From the NCBI GenBank assembly GCA_032718475.1, contig JAUCBJ010002723.1, positions 58,974 to 122,973 of the forward strand: 64,000 nucleotides of DNA. The letters run 5' to 3'. Origin of the DNA: Nemertoderma westbladi. Lineage: Eukaryota; Animalia; Xenacoelomorpha. Shown one piece after another: positions 1-12,879 of this stretch (position 1 is its first letter; each line of letters begins with the position of its first letter). The notes below the pieces were generated by a model. The model was given only the letters and a program-made list of their open reading frames with translations. It was not told the DNA's origin and did no database searches. The position numbers were made by a program, and so were the translations under genes.

Positions 1-1
1 T

Positions 2-520
2 CTTCTTGGGGCCCCTCAGGCACCTATCATGTTCCATTATCATCCATTCAGACCCTTCTTTAGGGAAATCCCTGGTGCACAAATTGGATTTGTGTATATG
101 CTCATCAGCATTCGGTTGCCTAATATGAATTACACTGGTGAAACTCAGAACCTGAAGGTTAGACTGCAGAGTCATCAAAATAAAACAGGTTCGGAGTTTA
201 CAAAGAATCCTGTTTTACATCCATGCTCTCTGTATGCTTTCGTATACGGGTTTCCTGGTGACGCCAAGAGTAAGCTCAATACAGATAACCGTCAGAGATT
301 TGAGACTAGATGGCATGACATGGCTGAGACAGGTCCTGCAGGTGGGGATATGACTAAAGGACGAGATCAGGTATACGCTATGGGTATTGAGATTGAGCGT
401 CAATATAATGCCGATGTCTATATTGATGCAGATGGAAATGCAAAGCATTTTGAACTCACCATGGTTCAATGCCAGGAGTTCATTCAAGATGATTTGCAGG
501 CCGAGATCCCAATGTCCCAA
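2..520 (+). CDS. GIY-YIG (SLX1/UPF0213-like) endonuclease domain, C-terminal part of a protein starting left of the window
   Basis: GFVYMLIS...NYTGETQNLKVRLQSHQ...GSEFTK...LYAFVYGF...RFETRW matches the GIY-YIG pattern. Frame is open from base 2. The annotated ORF tail after ~520 runs into T-rich low-complexity sequence. Confidence 0.8.
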
Positions 521-1420
521 TATATTACTGTTTCTTCTTCTTCTACTTCTATGTCAATGTGCAATGTACCTAAGCTTATGCAGCTATGTCAAACTTGCAA
601 CCTTCAAAACTTACCCTACCCATCTTGTTCAGACTTAAAATTAAGAGTTCTGCCTTATAAATGCAAGCTTTATCAAGGAGGTTATTATATTTTTTTATTC
701 TTCATCTTTTTTTTGTCTTTTTATTTTAAATTTTTTTTTTACTTTTGTCTTTTGACTTTTGTCTTTTGACTTTTATCTTTTGACTTTTGTTTATTTACTT
801 TTTTAAAAAAACATAGTTAACATTTTTTTGTAAATATTATCTCGACCCTTTTTATTAACCTCGTTGAAGCTCGGTAAATATAATGCCTCGAGAATATCAG
901 TGACTTTTTTTTATTAAATTTTTTTATTCGATTTCTGAGAATAGTGAGAAAAGTTCTTCTTTTTTTCTTCTATGAATTCAATTATATTTCCTTGAATAGT
1001 GAAAAGAAGGTCGATCGATGGTCGATCGATGGTCGATGTCTCATAAATAACAATACATTAACTGATATCAATTCTCACAGCACAGATATATAATCTGTCA
1101 TCCTGCATAGTGAATACTTTTACAGTAAGAAGTCCTAAAGATCTTCTAATAATTAAATAACATTATCCCTGCTGATAAATGAATATAACATTGACGGTTT
1201 ATCCTGAGTCAATTATTCTTTCTTCCAATCATTTTCAATAAATTTTTTACATTTTTGTTTTAAAATGGTTATTTGCCAGAACCCGAATATGCGTCGCAGT
1301 ATTGTAAATCGTCATTGATAAATAGCCTCTAATATACTATTAAGCAATATTATTTTACTAATAATATTATTAATAAATAATATTAATTTTACTATAATAT
1401 TATTTTTTTACTATTTTCAG

Positions 1421-2044
1421 CATGGAATGATATTAATGCTGCTTCGCAATATAAGCCCTGCGGATGGCTTATTGAATGGGACTAGGTTGATCCTTGAGCG
1501 TTGGTCACCCGTATTGCTACGCTGCATCATCGCTACAGGTTAGAATTTTAAACGTTTATCAAACATATTTAGGGGCTGTTCATAAATGATGTCACGCTTT
1601 TTGACCACTTTTGGTCAACACCCCCTCTGCCCCTCCCCTTTTGTCACAAATCATTACGAAATCTCTCCCCCCCCCCCCCCCCCTCATGCCACAGTCACAC
1701 CTCATGCCACCATGCCATTACATTATTGTTTAATTATAGGTCCCGATGCAGGTGAGGTTGCTCTTTTACCACGAATCGAACTTACCTCCAATGACCACGA
1801 CTTCCCAATAAAATGGAGGAGAAGGCAATTCCCTGTTCGTCCTGCATACGCCATGACTATCAATAAGAGTCAAGGACAATCCCTTAAAATAGTCGGCGTA
1901 TGGCTGCAGCTGCCGTGTTTTGCTCACGGCCAGCTGTACGTCGCAGCTTCACGGGTTGGCGATCCGACCGGCTTGCTATTTGCAATATCGGAAGTTGATC
2001 AGGGAATCACACGGAATGTTGTATACAAAGAGGCACTCCTCTAA
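1421..2044 (+). CDS. Last two exons (1421-1538, 1740-2044) of a PIF1-type Helitron helicase
   Basis: Exon 1 HGMILMLLRNISPADGLLNGTRL; GT..AG intron 1539-1739 (phase 1) joins in frame to GPDAG...LPRIEL...RRQFPVRPAYAMTINKSQGQSL...FAHGQLYVAASRV...TRNVVYKEALL*. Confidence 0.9.
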
Positions 2045-2839
2045 TTGACATTACCAATGTTAGTAAATGATTGTTAGTAAATGAATTTTGTAAATGATTA
2101 TATTTTAATTATTTAGATACATAATAATTATATTTTTTATGTTTATTTTTTAATAATCACATTTTGCTAAATAAATGAATGTTCAAACTTTGCAAAAAAA
2201 TTACGGATTCGTTTATTATTCGTATCAGCATTGTGTATTTTTTTATGTAAAATGGTGGATTTTTGACAGAATGAACATTCATTCATCTTCAGGGTAAAAT
2301 CGACGCAAATAACAGCTGATTTTTTCCAAAAATAAAACTATAACCTGTACTATTAACTTTTGTTTATTGTTTTGGTTAGAATAATAGAAGAATGTGAGAA
2401 TAGAATATATTTGCGGATACACCCACAGTTTACCTACAACCCATAGGACCTACAACATGTGGTATAGTAGAAACGTGTGCTAAATATAATGATATTCAGG
2501 ACACTAGTGTAGGTTTTTCTTTTTACTGCAAATGCCGTGTTTTCTGCCATACTTTCATTTATTTCATTTGCAGTCATCCCAGGCCCCGACCGGAAGTGGC
2601 TATACTGATTTGATTTTTATTTTACTTGTGTATTATTGACTGGACCCTTATTACCACAATTAAGTAACCTGTATAATCTGTGTTACATAACATACGCTAA
2701 CTTTCGATTATTGTTTTGGTTCACCCAACACGCCTCTGTAACCTGCTCCTTTACTAACCTGCTCCTTTAAATGACAATTGGTCCGGTCAATGGGTCCTGT
2801 CAATTGAACAATGGGTCCGGTCAGTAGCCTTTGCCGCCC

Positions 2840-3375
2840 TACTACTTCGATCGGCATGCTACATTGCAGCTGCATTATATATATTTTACATATATATTAA
2901 GAATGCTGTGCCGGCTTGTCGACAAAATTGCACCGCCACAACTCCCTATCACCCATGACATTTGCTAGATCATCCGCATCTTCAAGGCCAGTGTCCTTTA
3001 AGATGCGTCTCAAGAAAGTCATGGGCTGTCCACCATGCTTATTCACTCCATAAGGCTGCCAAAGTACAATATTATGCACTGGTTGGTCCTCACGGCGAAA
3101 GCAATGTCCTGCAAAGCGGAGGCGGTTCCATTCAAGTGTCAAGCTAGGGGAGACACCACCAATGTTGCATAGAGTCAGATGAGATGTGTTCATTGTACTT
3201 AACACAATGAACCCGGCGTAGCATTCTTGTGAATGTGCCATCCAGAGATTTGGTATCCTCTGCAGTTAGAGCCCAGCATGGACTTCTATAGAGTACTGGA
3301 ACTACTGCTGCCATAAATAATCGATCCTTAAGGTTCCGTTTTATTCTATGGGACATATAAATCCTGGACAGACTA
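2840..3375 (-). mobile_element. 5'-truncated, decayed RTE-like LINE fragment (copy 1)
   Basis: RLFMAAVVPVLY...WAL...LDGTFTRMLRR and RLRFAGHCFRR; near-identical to 13935-14923; short TAC tail near 2840. Confidence 0.9.
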
Positions 3376-3683
3376 TTTAATGCTGCCCATGCATTCCCCT
3401 TACGTATAGTAAGGGGCCCAGTAAGTTTGCCGCCCAGATTACAACCGATAGTGCAGTATAGGAATACAGATTAAAGACCATACATATTAGCTGGGCCAAG
3501 TCACCAGAGCATATAGGCAATATGTTAATTTTCTTATTGATTATGTCGAATTCAATGAAAATAATATTACGTTTTAAACACGTTTTTCTTTCATTATACA
3601 ATGATTATAAATTTTGTATATTTTTTATTGCCTCTCTATTATCCATTTAACTTACTTACCTATATACTGTAATTAATGGTAAC

Positions 3684-3973
3684 GTCAAACGACCTTGACT
3701 TCCCGATAAAATGGAAGCGAAGGCAATTCTAATTCCCTGTTCGTCCAGCATATAGTACAGCATACTATTTTAAAGGATTGCCATTGACCCTTATTGATAT
3801 ATCAATAAGCAATCCCTTCGGCGTATGGCTGCAGGTGCCGTGTTTTTTTTGCTCACGGCCAGCTGTACGTCGCAGCTCCACGGGTTGGCAATCCGACTGG
3901 CTTCCTATTTGCCATTCCTGAAAATTATGCCGGCCTGACACGCAATGTAGTCTACAGAGAAGCCTTCGTCTAA
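3684..3973 (+). pseudogene. Second, diverged copy of the Helitron helicase last exon
   Basis: DLDFPIKWKRRQF...AHGQLYVAAPRVG...TRNVVYREAFV*, with frameshifts and a short insertion; homologous to 1790-2044. Confidence 0.85.
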
Positions 3974-4876
3974 TTGTGTTAAGTAATCATTGTAAATTAT
4001 GTAATATTGATTCACATTAATTCTCATTTTGTTCAATTAAATATCCTATAAATATTATTCCCCTTCTTTTTTTTTCCATAAACAAATGTTGTTGCTGTGT
4101 ATTGAAATTCTCTGATACCTTGCATACCACGTTGTGGTATCATATGGTAGATATAAATGAATGAATAAAAAATATAATCAGCTGTTATTTGCGTCCAATT
4201 TCCCTTGGAGATGGATTAATTTTTATTGCGTCCTGCCCCCCCCCCCCTCCCCCCCCCCCCTATCTGCTAAAATTATACATTAATTATAATGTATCACCGA
4301 GACCGGATCTTCCACTACCCATCATTGTTGATTATTTTGCAATCAAATAATAGCAATAGCCTAATACAATGTAATGTAGTATTAAAAGTAGGCTTAGTTT
4401 GATTTAAGTGTAGTTAGTCTAGGCATATTATGGCTTGAGATTGCTGTGTTGTTGATATAGCAACATTTAATCCAATGTTTACACAGCTCTGAATGCTTGT
4501 GACCTGCCTAAGTCCCTGTCCAGGGCCAGGGCAGCAGAGAGCTATGAAGTTATATGAAAGTCAATGAAACCCATTACAGACCTGTATAGGGCAGCTTAAT
4601 AACAAGCATGGAGATTGGTCACGTGCTGTTTAGTATTTACCTGCAGTCTAGGAAAGATGCCAAGGCTTAGAACTGGTTTTAATTGGAACATAACTATGAA
4701 CCAGTCATAACTGGTTTATAGGCCTATTGAATATTATTAGTAGTTAGTACCGCATAGTCCAATTTTGCAGCAGACCTTTCTTAATGTTCCAAGTTTAGTA
4801 TTGTTTTATTATTAGTCCTGTAGTCCATAATCGTCTTTAATTCACAATTACAAACGTATTATTTGTCGATTAAATT

Positions 4877-5649
4877 ATGGTTGTCTTGGAAGAAATCGCG
4901 ACATTGCCTGACGGATCTACCATTACAGGTACTGGACTCATTCAATTCTGCTTGTTATTAAAATGCTGAAATGTAAATATAGGCCGTATAAAATGAAAAA
5001 TAATCGTGAATTACGGTACTGCAATAAATTAATTTACAAAACTAACCGCGCTTTACATTTTCCTGGGAATAAGACAGATAAAACTATCCTTTGATAGCCT
5101 ATTTATACCATTTCAATTTATTGAAGTTGCACATTTAGAAATACAGTGAATAAAATGTACAGTAACGGCGTTTTTAAATAAAATAGGCCTGCATATGATT
5201 CACACTACTGACTGCTTCCACTCTACTTCTCATCATACAAATATATTTATTCAGTATATAATTTATTGTTTTAATTTGCCTATTATTCCAAAAATTTTTT
5301 GGAATCTGATACATTTAAATTACCGGTCATATGATTTTTTGTTGTTGCAGATTGCAGTGTTCGAATAATATCCATTACCGACACGGAAGGCGGAGGGGGA
5401 ACCAGCGGAAAGAAAGTGTACAAATTGCGACGTGTGAAGGTATCGGATAAGTCCGGATACGTTACCGTGTCGATGTTCAACACACGAATCGATAAGTTTA
5501 ACTTCAATGAGGGTGATTCTGTGGTTCTTGCCAACATGAAAGTTGGAAGTTTCCACGAAGTCAAACAGTTGGAGGCTATGGATGATTCAACATATAAACA
5601 TAAGTTCTTATCAAATATGTGCAGTGCTAAAATACTACTATATAGATAA
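4877..5649 (+). CDS. Spliced single OB-fold ssDNA-binding protein (SSB/RPA-like); exons 4877-4928 and 5351-~5600
   Basis: ATG 4877 MVVLEEIATLPDGSTIT, GT at 4929, AG at 5349-5350, then in-frame DCSVRIISI...YKLRRVKVSDKSGYVTVSMFN...NEGDSVVLANMKVGSFHEVKQL, an OB-fold pattern. 3' end uncertain. Confidence 0.7.
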
Positions 5650-6342
5650 TACTAACTAAACAATACTACTACTTCTAAATAACTACTAAAATATCTCTAA
5701 TGTAAATAAATGGTCATGGTGTTATTACAGTGTCGAGTGTGGAGACAGGGGCAGGAAACTGGATGCAAATCCCATCTTGGCGAATTAATATCCCGCCTCA
5801 ATGTTAAAATCTCAATTTATGGAAAGGAACAGGTTACAATGGCACGTTATTTTAACCAAAACAATAAACTAAACACACAGGTTACAGTTTTATTTTTTAG
5901 AGTAATCAACTGTTTGCGTCCAATTTCCCCTGGAGAGGGGTTAATTTTTATTGCGTCGAAAGTCCCCCCCCCCCCCCTCTCTCCCTCTCATCTGCCAGTA
6001 TGTCAACTCCTCTGTGTGTCAATACAAAATGCAAATCTCCGATGAAGGATGGACTCCATTGTGAATGGTACACATAAATTTTAGTTTATTTGATTCCTTT
6101 TTATTTGTTTATTAATTATCACTGAAGACGTGTGCTAATATACGAAATGGTCATATAATATAGAAATTTGTTTTATTTAGTTTTTCGATCATTTTTTAAA
6201 TTTGTACGCGAAGTTGTCGCGCCTCACGTTGCTAAAAGAGCTGGATTTAGGCTCCACTCTCAATTTTGGAATGATAACCGTTCGCTGGCAATTCGACTTA
6301 CTTCGCATCACCACAACCAAAAATCTGTTATTTATTTTATAG

Positions 6343-6644
6343 AATCCCCAATAGAAATACAGGGAAACCTTAAGGTGGAAATATAGAAGAGAGATACGGC
6401 TACATTAAAGAGGCAGGAGAGCTCATCGTCGTTCCCGTGGTACAGCATGCCACCGTCAGCTGCTGCTGCTACGGAGAGCAACAACGATACCCCAATAAAA
6501 AAGAGGATAAAGAAAGAGTTCTTAGGTTGGGCCGACGACGTGGCAAGGTTGGGCAGGGCAGAGCGGAGGAAATTTATGCTGGCAGTCGGAAAAATGGTCC
6601 TCGACCTAAAAAACGAGGCCGAGAATTATTATGACTCGGAGTAA
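6343..6644 (+). pseudogene. Possible terminal exon with a BESS-like motif
   Basis: Acceptor ttttatag at 6342. KEFLGWADDVARLGRAERRKFMLAVGKMVLDL resembles the BESS helix pattern. In-frame TAG at 6384. Confidence 0.35.
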
Positions 6645-7125
6645 ATCGGAATTTAATATAGGTTATTGTTTTTATTTGTCAAATTGGTTATTACGCATGT
6701 TATGTACGAATGTAATGTAATTATGTAAGGTTGTAACAGTTTGCAGTCCATTATGCGATGTTAGATAGTAGAAAATGATAACCGAATGCGGTTTATCAAA
6801 TGAAGTTATTTTGCCATTGATATACGGTTCTTTTATATACGATTTTATTGAAATTTATACGTATGACCCAAATTGGTATTATACCCATAAGAACCCCAAC
6901 AAATTAGACATGGAAAATTTTCAAAAAATGTCGCGATCCTCAATTTTATATTGATATTAATTAAATAAAATAACTATAGATATATATCATCCAGTTGGTA
7001 TTCCTTAGGTCATTCCAACATTAGAGACCGTGCTTGACGGTATATTTTCATTATCTTCCGTCCATAAATAAAATATTACAAATTCTATAATACCTTTGTA
7101 TTCGATTTTGTAGGCCTATAATATT

Positions 7126-10100
7126 ATTGATGTTAACGACATACTGACTAACAGGGGGTTGGTATGTATATATTAAATTAAATTAAAGGAAGAACAGGAG
7201 TCTACACCCCCAATAAAAAATATAGAATCAGGACATTTAGCCCAAAATATTTCTCGACCCCTAGGGTCATCGAAAGAACAACAAACACACAAACACAAAC
7301 AAATATAAATACATGCTAAACATACAGGTATGTGTCGCAACCCTAACCCTAAGCCTACCCGCCATACACTAAATGATACCGTTAATAAACTGCACAATAG
7401 CTAAGCCTATATTCTATAAGAAAATATATGACAATTTTGTCGCCGTGAAAGGGGTATGACTGAGGCAAAAATAATTAATTTGTGAAAAATATGGTTGCGT
7501 TTCGGTGTCTTGGACCAGTACGCGCTAATCCTCGACACCTCGTCAGCTGGACAGGGAATTAGCCAAGCCTATCTATAATGCACCAATGACCTAAAATAAT
7601 CGCACCATCAACTCTGTTACCACCTAGCCCAAAACAGAAGTCAGTCCCCTCAGACCACAGAACACAGGAACCCTATAGGCCTATGGTAAGTAAATATGTT
7701 ACCAATGGGAAACTGGTGGAATGCTAGGGCACACACACAGTACAAAATTTAAATAAGATTTTATGATTTGCAGTAATGTCGGAATTCTGCTCCACTTTCA
7801 TAAGATGATAATTGATGTTAACGACATACTGACTAACAGGGGGTTGGTATGTATATATTAAATTAAATTAAAGGAAGAACAGGAGTCTTACACCCCCAAT
7901 AAAAAATATCGAATCAGGACATTTAGCCCAAAATATTTCTCGACCCCTAGGGTCATCGAAAGAACAACAAACACACAAACACAAACAAATATAAATACAT
8001 GCTAAACATACAGGTATGTGTCGCAACCCTAACCCTAAGCCTACCCGCCATACACTAAATGATACCAATAATAAACTGCACAATAGCTAAGCCTATATTC
8101 TATAAGAAAATATATGACAATTTTGTCGCCGTGAAAGGGGTATGACTGAGGCAAAAATAATTAATTTGTGAAAAATATGGTTGCGTTTCGGTGTCTTGGA
8201 CCAGTACGCGCTAATCCTCGACACCTCGTCAGCTGGACAGGGAATTAGCCAAGCCTATCTATAATGCACCAATGACCTAAAATAATCGCACCATCAACTC
8301 TGTTACCACCTAGCCCAAAACAGAAGTCAGTCCCCTCAGACCACAGAACACAGGAACCCTATAGGCCTATGGTAAGTAAATATGTTACCAATGGGAAACT
8401 GGTGGAATGCTAGGGCACACACACAGTACAAAATTTAAATAAGATTTTATGATTTGCAGTAATGTCGGAATTCTGCTCCACTTTCATAAGATGATAATTG
8501 ATGTTAACGACATACTGACTAACAGGGGGTTGGTATGTATATATTAAATTAAATTAAAGGAAGAACAGGAGTCTTACACCCCCAATAAAAAATATAGAAT
8601 CAGGACATTTAGCCCAAAATATTTCTCGACCCCTAGGGTCATCGAAAGAACAACAAACACACAAACACAAACAAATATAAATACATGCTAAACATACAGG
8701 TATGTGTCGCAACCCTAACCCTAAGCCTACCCGCCATACACTAAATGATACCGTTAATAAACTGCACAATAGCTAAGCCTATATTCTATAAGAAAATATA
8801 TGACAATTTTGTCGCCGTGAAAGGGGTATGACTGAGGCAAAAATAATTAATTTGTGAAAAATATGGTTGCGTTTCGGTGTCTTGGACCAGTACGCGCTAA
8901 TCCTCGACACCTCGTCAGCTGGACAGGGAATTAGCCAAGCCTATCTATAATGCACCAATGACCTAAAATAATCGCACCATCAACTCTGTTACCACCTAGC
9001 CCAAAACAGAAGTCAGTCCCCTCAGACCACAGAACACAGGAACCCTATAGGCCTATGGTAAGTAAATATGTTACCAATGGGAAACTGGTGGAATGCTAGG
9101 GCACACACACAGTACAAAATTTAAATAAGATTTTATGATTTGCAGTAATGTCGGAATTCTGCTCCACTTTCATAAGATGATAATTGATGTTAACGACATA
9201 CTGACTAACAGGGGGTTGGTATGTATATATTAAATTAAATTAAAGGAAGAACAGGAGTCTTACACCCCCAATAAAAAATATAGAATCAGGACATTTAGCC
9301 CAAAATATTTCTCGACCCCTAGGGTCATCGAAAGAACAACAAACACACAAACACAAACAAATATAAATACATGCTAAACATACAGGTATGTGTCGCAACC
9401 CTAACCCTAAGCCTACCCGCCATACACTAAATGATACCGTTAATAAACTGCACAATAGCTAAGCCTATATTCTATAAGAAAATATATGACAATTTTGTCG
9501 CCATGAAAGGGGTATGACTGAGGCAAAAATAATTAATTTGTGAAAAATATGGTTGCGTTTCGGTGTCTTGGACCAGTACGCGCTAATCCTCGACACCTCG
9601 TCAGCTGGACAGGGAATTAGCCAAGCCTATCTATAATGCACCAATGACCTAAAATAATCGCACCATCAACTCTGTTACCACCTAGCCCAAAACAGAAGTC
9701 AGTCCCCTCAGACCACAGAACACAGGAACCCTATAGGCCTATGGTAAGTAAATATGTTACCAATGGGAAACTGGTGGAATGCTAGGGCACACACACAGTA
9801 CAAAATTTAAATAAGATTTTATGATTTGCAGTAATGTCGGAATTCTGCTCCACTTTCATAAGATGATAATTGATGTTAACGACATACTGACTAACAGGGG
9901 GTTGGTATGTATATATTAAATTAAATTAAAGGAAGAACAGGAGTCTTACACCCCCAATAAAAAATATAGAATCAGGACATTTAGCCCAAAATATTTCTCG
10001 ACCCCTAGGGTCATCGAAAGAACAACAAACACACAAACACAAACAAATATAAATACATGCTAAACATACAGGTATGTGTCGCAACCCTAACCCTAAGCCT

Positions 10101-10497
10101 ACCCGCCATACACTAAATGATACCGTTAATAAACTGCACAATAGCTAAGCCTATATTCTATAAGAAAATATATGACAATTTTGTCGCCGTGAAAGGGGTA
10201 TGACTGAGGCAAAAATAATTAATTTGTGAAAAATATGGTTGCGTTTCGGTGTCTTGGACCAGTACGCGCTAATCCTCGACACCTCGTCAGCTGGACAGGG
10301 AATTAGCCAAGCCTATCTATAATGCACCAATGACCTAAAATAATCGCACCATCAACTCTGTTACCACCTAGCCCAAAACAGAAGTCAGTCCCCTCAGACC
10401 ACAGAACACAGGAACCCTATAGGCCTATGGTAAGTAAATATGTTACCAATGGGAAACTGGTGGAATGCTAGGGCACACACACAGTACCAAATTTAAA
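7126..10497. repeat. Tandem array of a 686-bp unit, ~4.9 near-identical copies
   Basis: Unit start ATTGATGTTAACGACATACTG at 7126, 7811, 8497, 9183, 9869; only scattered differences. Confidence 0.97.
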
Positions 10498-10506
10498 TTA
10501 ATTATT

Positions 10507-10795
10507 ATACCCCTTTCACGGCGACAAAATTGTCATATATTTTCTTATAGAATATAGGCTTAGCTATTGTGCAGTTTATTAACGGTATCATTTAGTGTAT
10601 GGCGGGTAGGCTTAGGGTTAGGGTTGCAACACATACCTGTATGTTTAGCATGTATTTATATTTGTTTGTGTTTGTGTGTTTGTTGTTCTTTCGATGACCC
10701 TAGGGGTCGAGAAATATTTTGGGCTAAATGTCCTGATTCTATATTTTTTATTGGGGGTGTAAGACTCCTGTTCTTCCTTTAATTTAATTTAATAT
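10507..10795 (-). repeat. Inverted ~290-bp partial copy of the tandem unit
   Basis: Reverse complement of ~9911-10200; the same spurious 71-aa ORF appears on the opposite strand. Confidence 0.95.
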
Positions 10796-12091
10796 AATAT
10801 TATTATAATTTAGTTGTTGTAGTTTGTCAATTATATTTGATTAATTATTATAATGTCATTATGGAAACCAATTTAACAAAAATACATTCACCATAAGGGG
10901 GGGGGGGGGGGGGGGGGGGATGGTCTACGACATGTACTGTTAGTACGCTTACACGTTTAGCCCCATCTACATAAGACTGGCTGACAATACTATAGTCACC
11001 ATATCCATCCATACCATATCGTATTAGCTCAATTTCAAATTTAATAAATAGTAGAATCCCTAACCATATCGAACATCGTGATCGCGGTAGCTGAGGATAG
11101 CTTCAGAATTGCACCCCGGAGTGCACCACTGTGTCACCAGTTATCACTTTATGACGAAACCATACTCAATGACAAATTATAGTGAATCTGAAACTTGCAG
11201 ATGTGCTACATCACGATAGGCTGTAACTTTCTGATGCAGGTTTCTAATTAAGCAACCGTATATATTTAAATAAGGTGAGAGAGCGAGTGTTTTTTCATGA
11301 AATTTTTACGGTGCGAGCTACTGCGAAGGAGTGAGACATGCATAGTTTTACCATTTCATTTAGTAAACTGTCTTGGTGTCGTCGCCAAAAACGTTTGAAA
11401 GCTACTAACTCAGTCAATCATTTATGAAATGAAACCATATTTCTATAAGAATTTACAATTTATAGTAAGTTATATTGAGTGCAGCCTCTGCTCCGAAATT
11501 ATGAAAGAAGAGGGTTGCTGAGAAGAGACAGCACGGATCCCCAGCATCCAAGCTTGTAGATTGTAATTGATATGTTTCATGAATTGGGACTACAAATTCT
11601 CTAACTGGCGACACTGGAGATTGATTCGTGAGTCTGAGCCCAGATAAATTATCTACAAGGGGGTCACGTGTTATCCGAGCTCGGAAGGGAAGAATCGTAA
11701 TTGAAAAATTTGAGCCACGTCGATTTTTTGGCCGGATTTCATCTGGAATCAATTTTCTTATTTGTTATTCCATTGCATAATTGTGTAGTTTACAACTTTT
11801 ATTGGTTGAAATTAATTATTTTGTTCAGAATGATTTGGTAATCAATTAAATTTTATATTTTTTTTATTTTCGTAATTTAGTAACTTTTATTTTATTTATC
11901 ATCTTATTACTAAAATACTGTATAAATATAAAAACAATTAAATTTGTTTAATTATAAATAATTATAATATCTTATTATTATTGTCACCGGGGAAACTCAT
12001 TAAGCAGAAATACATTCTCAAAGGCATTTCAGTTCATGTGACTTTTTTTCTACTACACTTATTTTCTCACTTTGTGCCAGTTTGCGTTGTA

Positions 12092-12129
12092 ACTAGTAAG
12101 TCCGTGGCCGAAGGCCACGGGCTTTCTAG
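12092..12129 (+). other. Helitron 3' terminus (hairpin + CTAG)
   Basis: CCGTGGCC-GAA-GGCCACGG (12102-12120), extendable with ACTAGTAAGT/GCTTTCTAGT, then CTAG followed by T. Confidence 0.8.
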
Positions 12130-12317
12130 TATGATATAAACATGCATTGACATTGATTAAGTGATCTATGCTCTGCTAGATATAATATTGATAAAAAATA
12201 ATAATTGATTAAACATTGAAATATGGATTATCTACAAATATAATTGTGATAATAATTAATTAGTTTTAGTAGTATGTTGGTGCATGGAAATAGAACAGGG
12301 TGGCTCTGCTTAGCTGT

Positions 12318-12530
12318 CAAAAAAAACAAAAAAAACATAAAAAAACAAAAAAAAAACAAAAAAAAACAAAAAAAAAAACAAAAAAAAAACAAAAAAAAAA
12401 ACAAAAAAAAACTAAAAAAACTAAAAAAAACAAAAAAAAAAACAAAAAAACAAAAAAAAAACAAAAAAAAACAAAAAAACAAAAAAAACAAAAAAAAACT
12501 AAAATAAAACAAAAAAAAAACAAAGAAAAC
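12318..12530. repeat. A-rich low-complexity repeat (CA7-11)n
   Basis: Direct inspection. Confidence 0.95.
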
Positions 12531-12879
12531 ACATAAAAAAACAGCTGTTCTGGGGCTCTGTTCCTGTATATTAGAGTATTTCAACGTACCTTAGATATCT
12601 GGTGTATCTCTATTATACATCATTTTATAATTTATAATTCCATTTTCAAGGCTATAAGCCAATATTGTACCAGTGGATCTAGCCGTGTTCAAAACAGTTA
12701 GTGTCTATTTTTCGAACCATATTAACTGATCTAGCGACGATGTCCAACAAATTTGTTATCTATAGTCTACTTACCTTTTAATCTGTATGTATTATTATCC
12801 ATTATCCAGTATCCATTATTGTGGCCTATTTTTATACTTTATTTCAATCAATTTTGGAACCCTTGTTTAAATTTAGATT

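Larger units (their letters stand above)
1..12129 (+). mobile_element. 3' part of a Helitron-like rolling-circle element or cluster (5' end outside window)
   Basis: PIF1/Helitron helicase C-terminal exons, GIY-YIG and OB-fold coding segments all on + strand, ending in a GC-rich hairpin followed by CTAG|T at 12126-12130. That all parts belong to one element is inferred. Confidence 0.6.

Noticed and set aside
7173-10782. Six repeated 71-74 aa ORFs (MCSLLTVSF...)
   Set aside because: Products of the tandem/inverted repeat with non-ATG starts; no domain features.
11453-11752. 99-aa minus-strand ORF in the Helitron 3' region
   Set aside because: Non-ATG start and no motif.
12228-12584. Poly-K and poly-F ORFs
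   Set aside because: Translations of an A-rich simple repeat.
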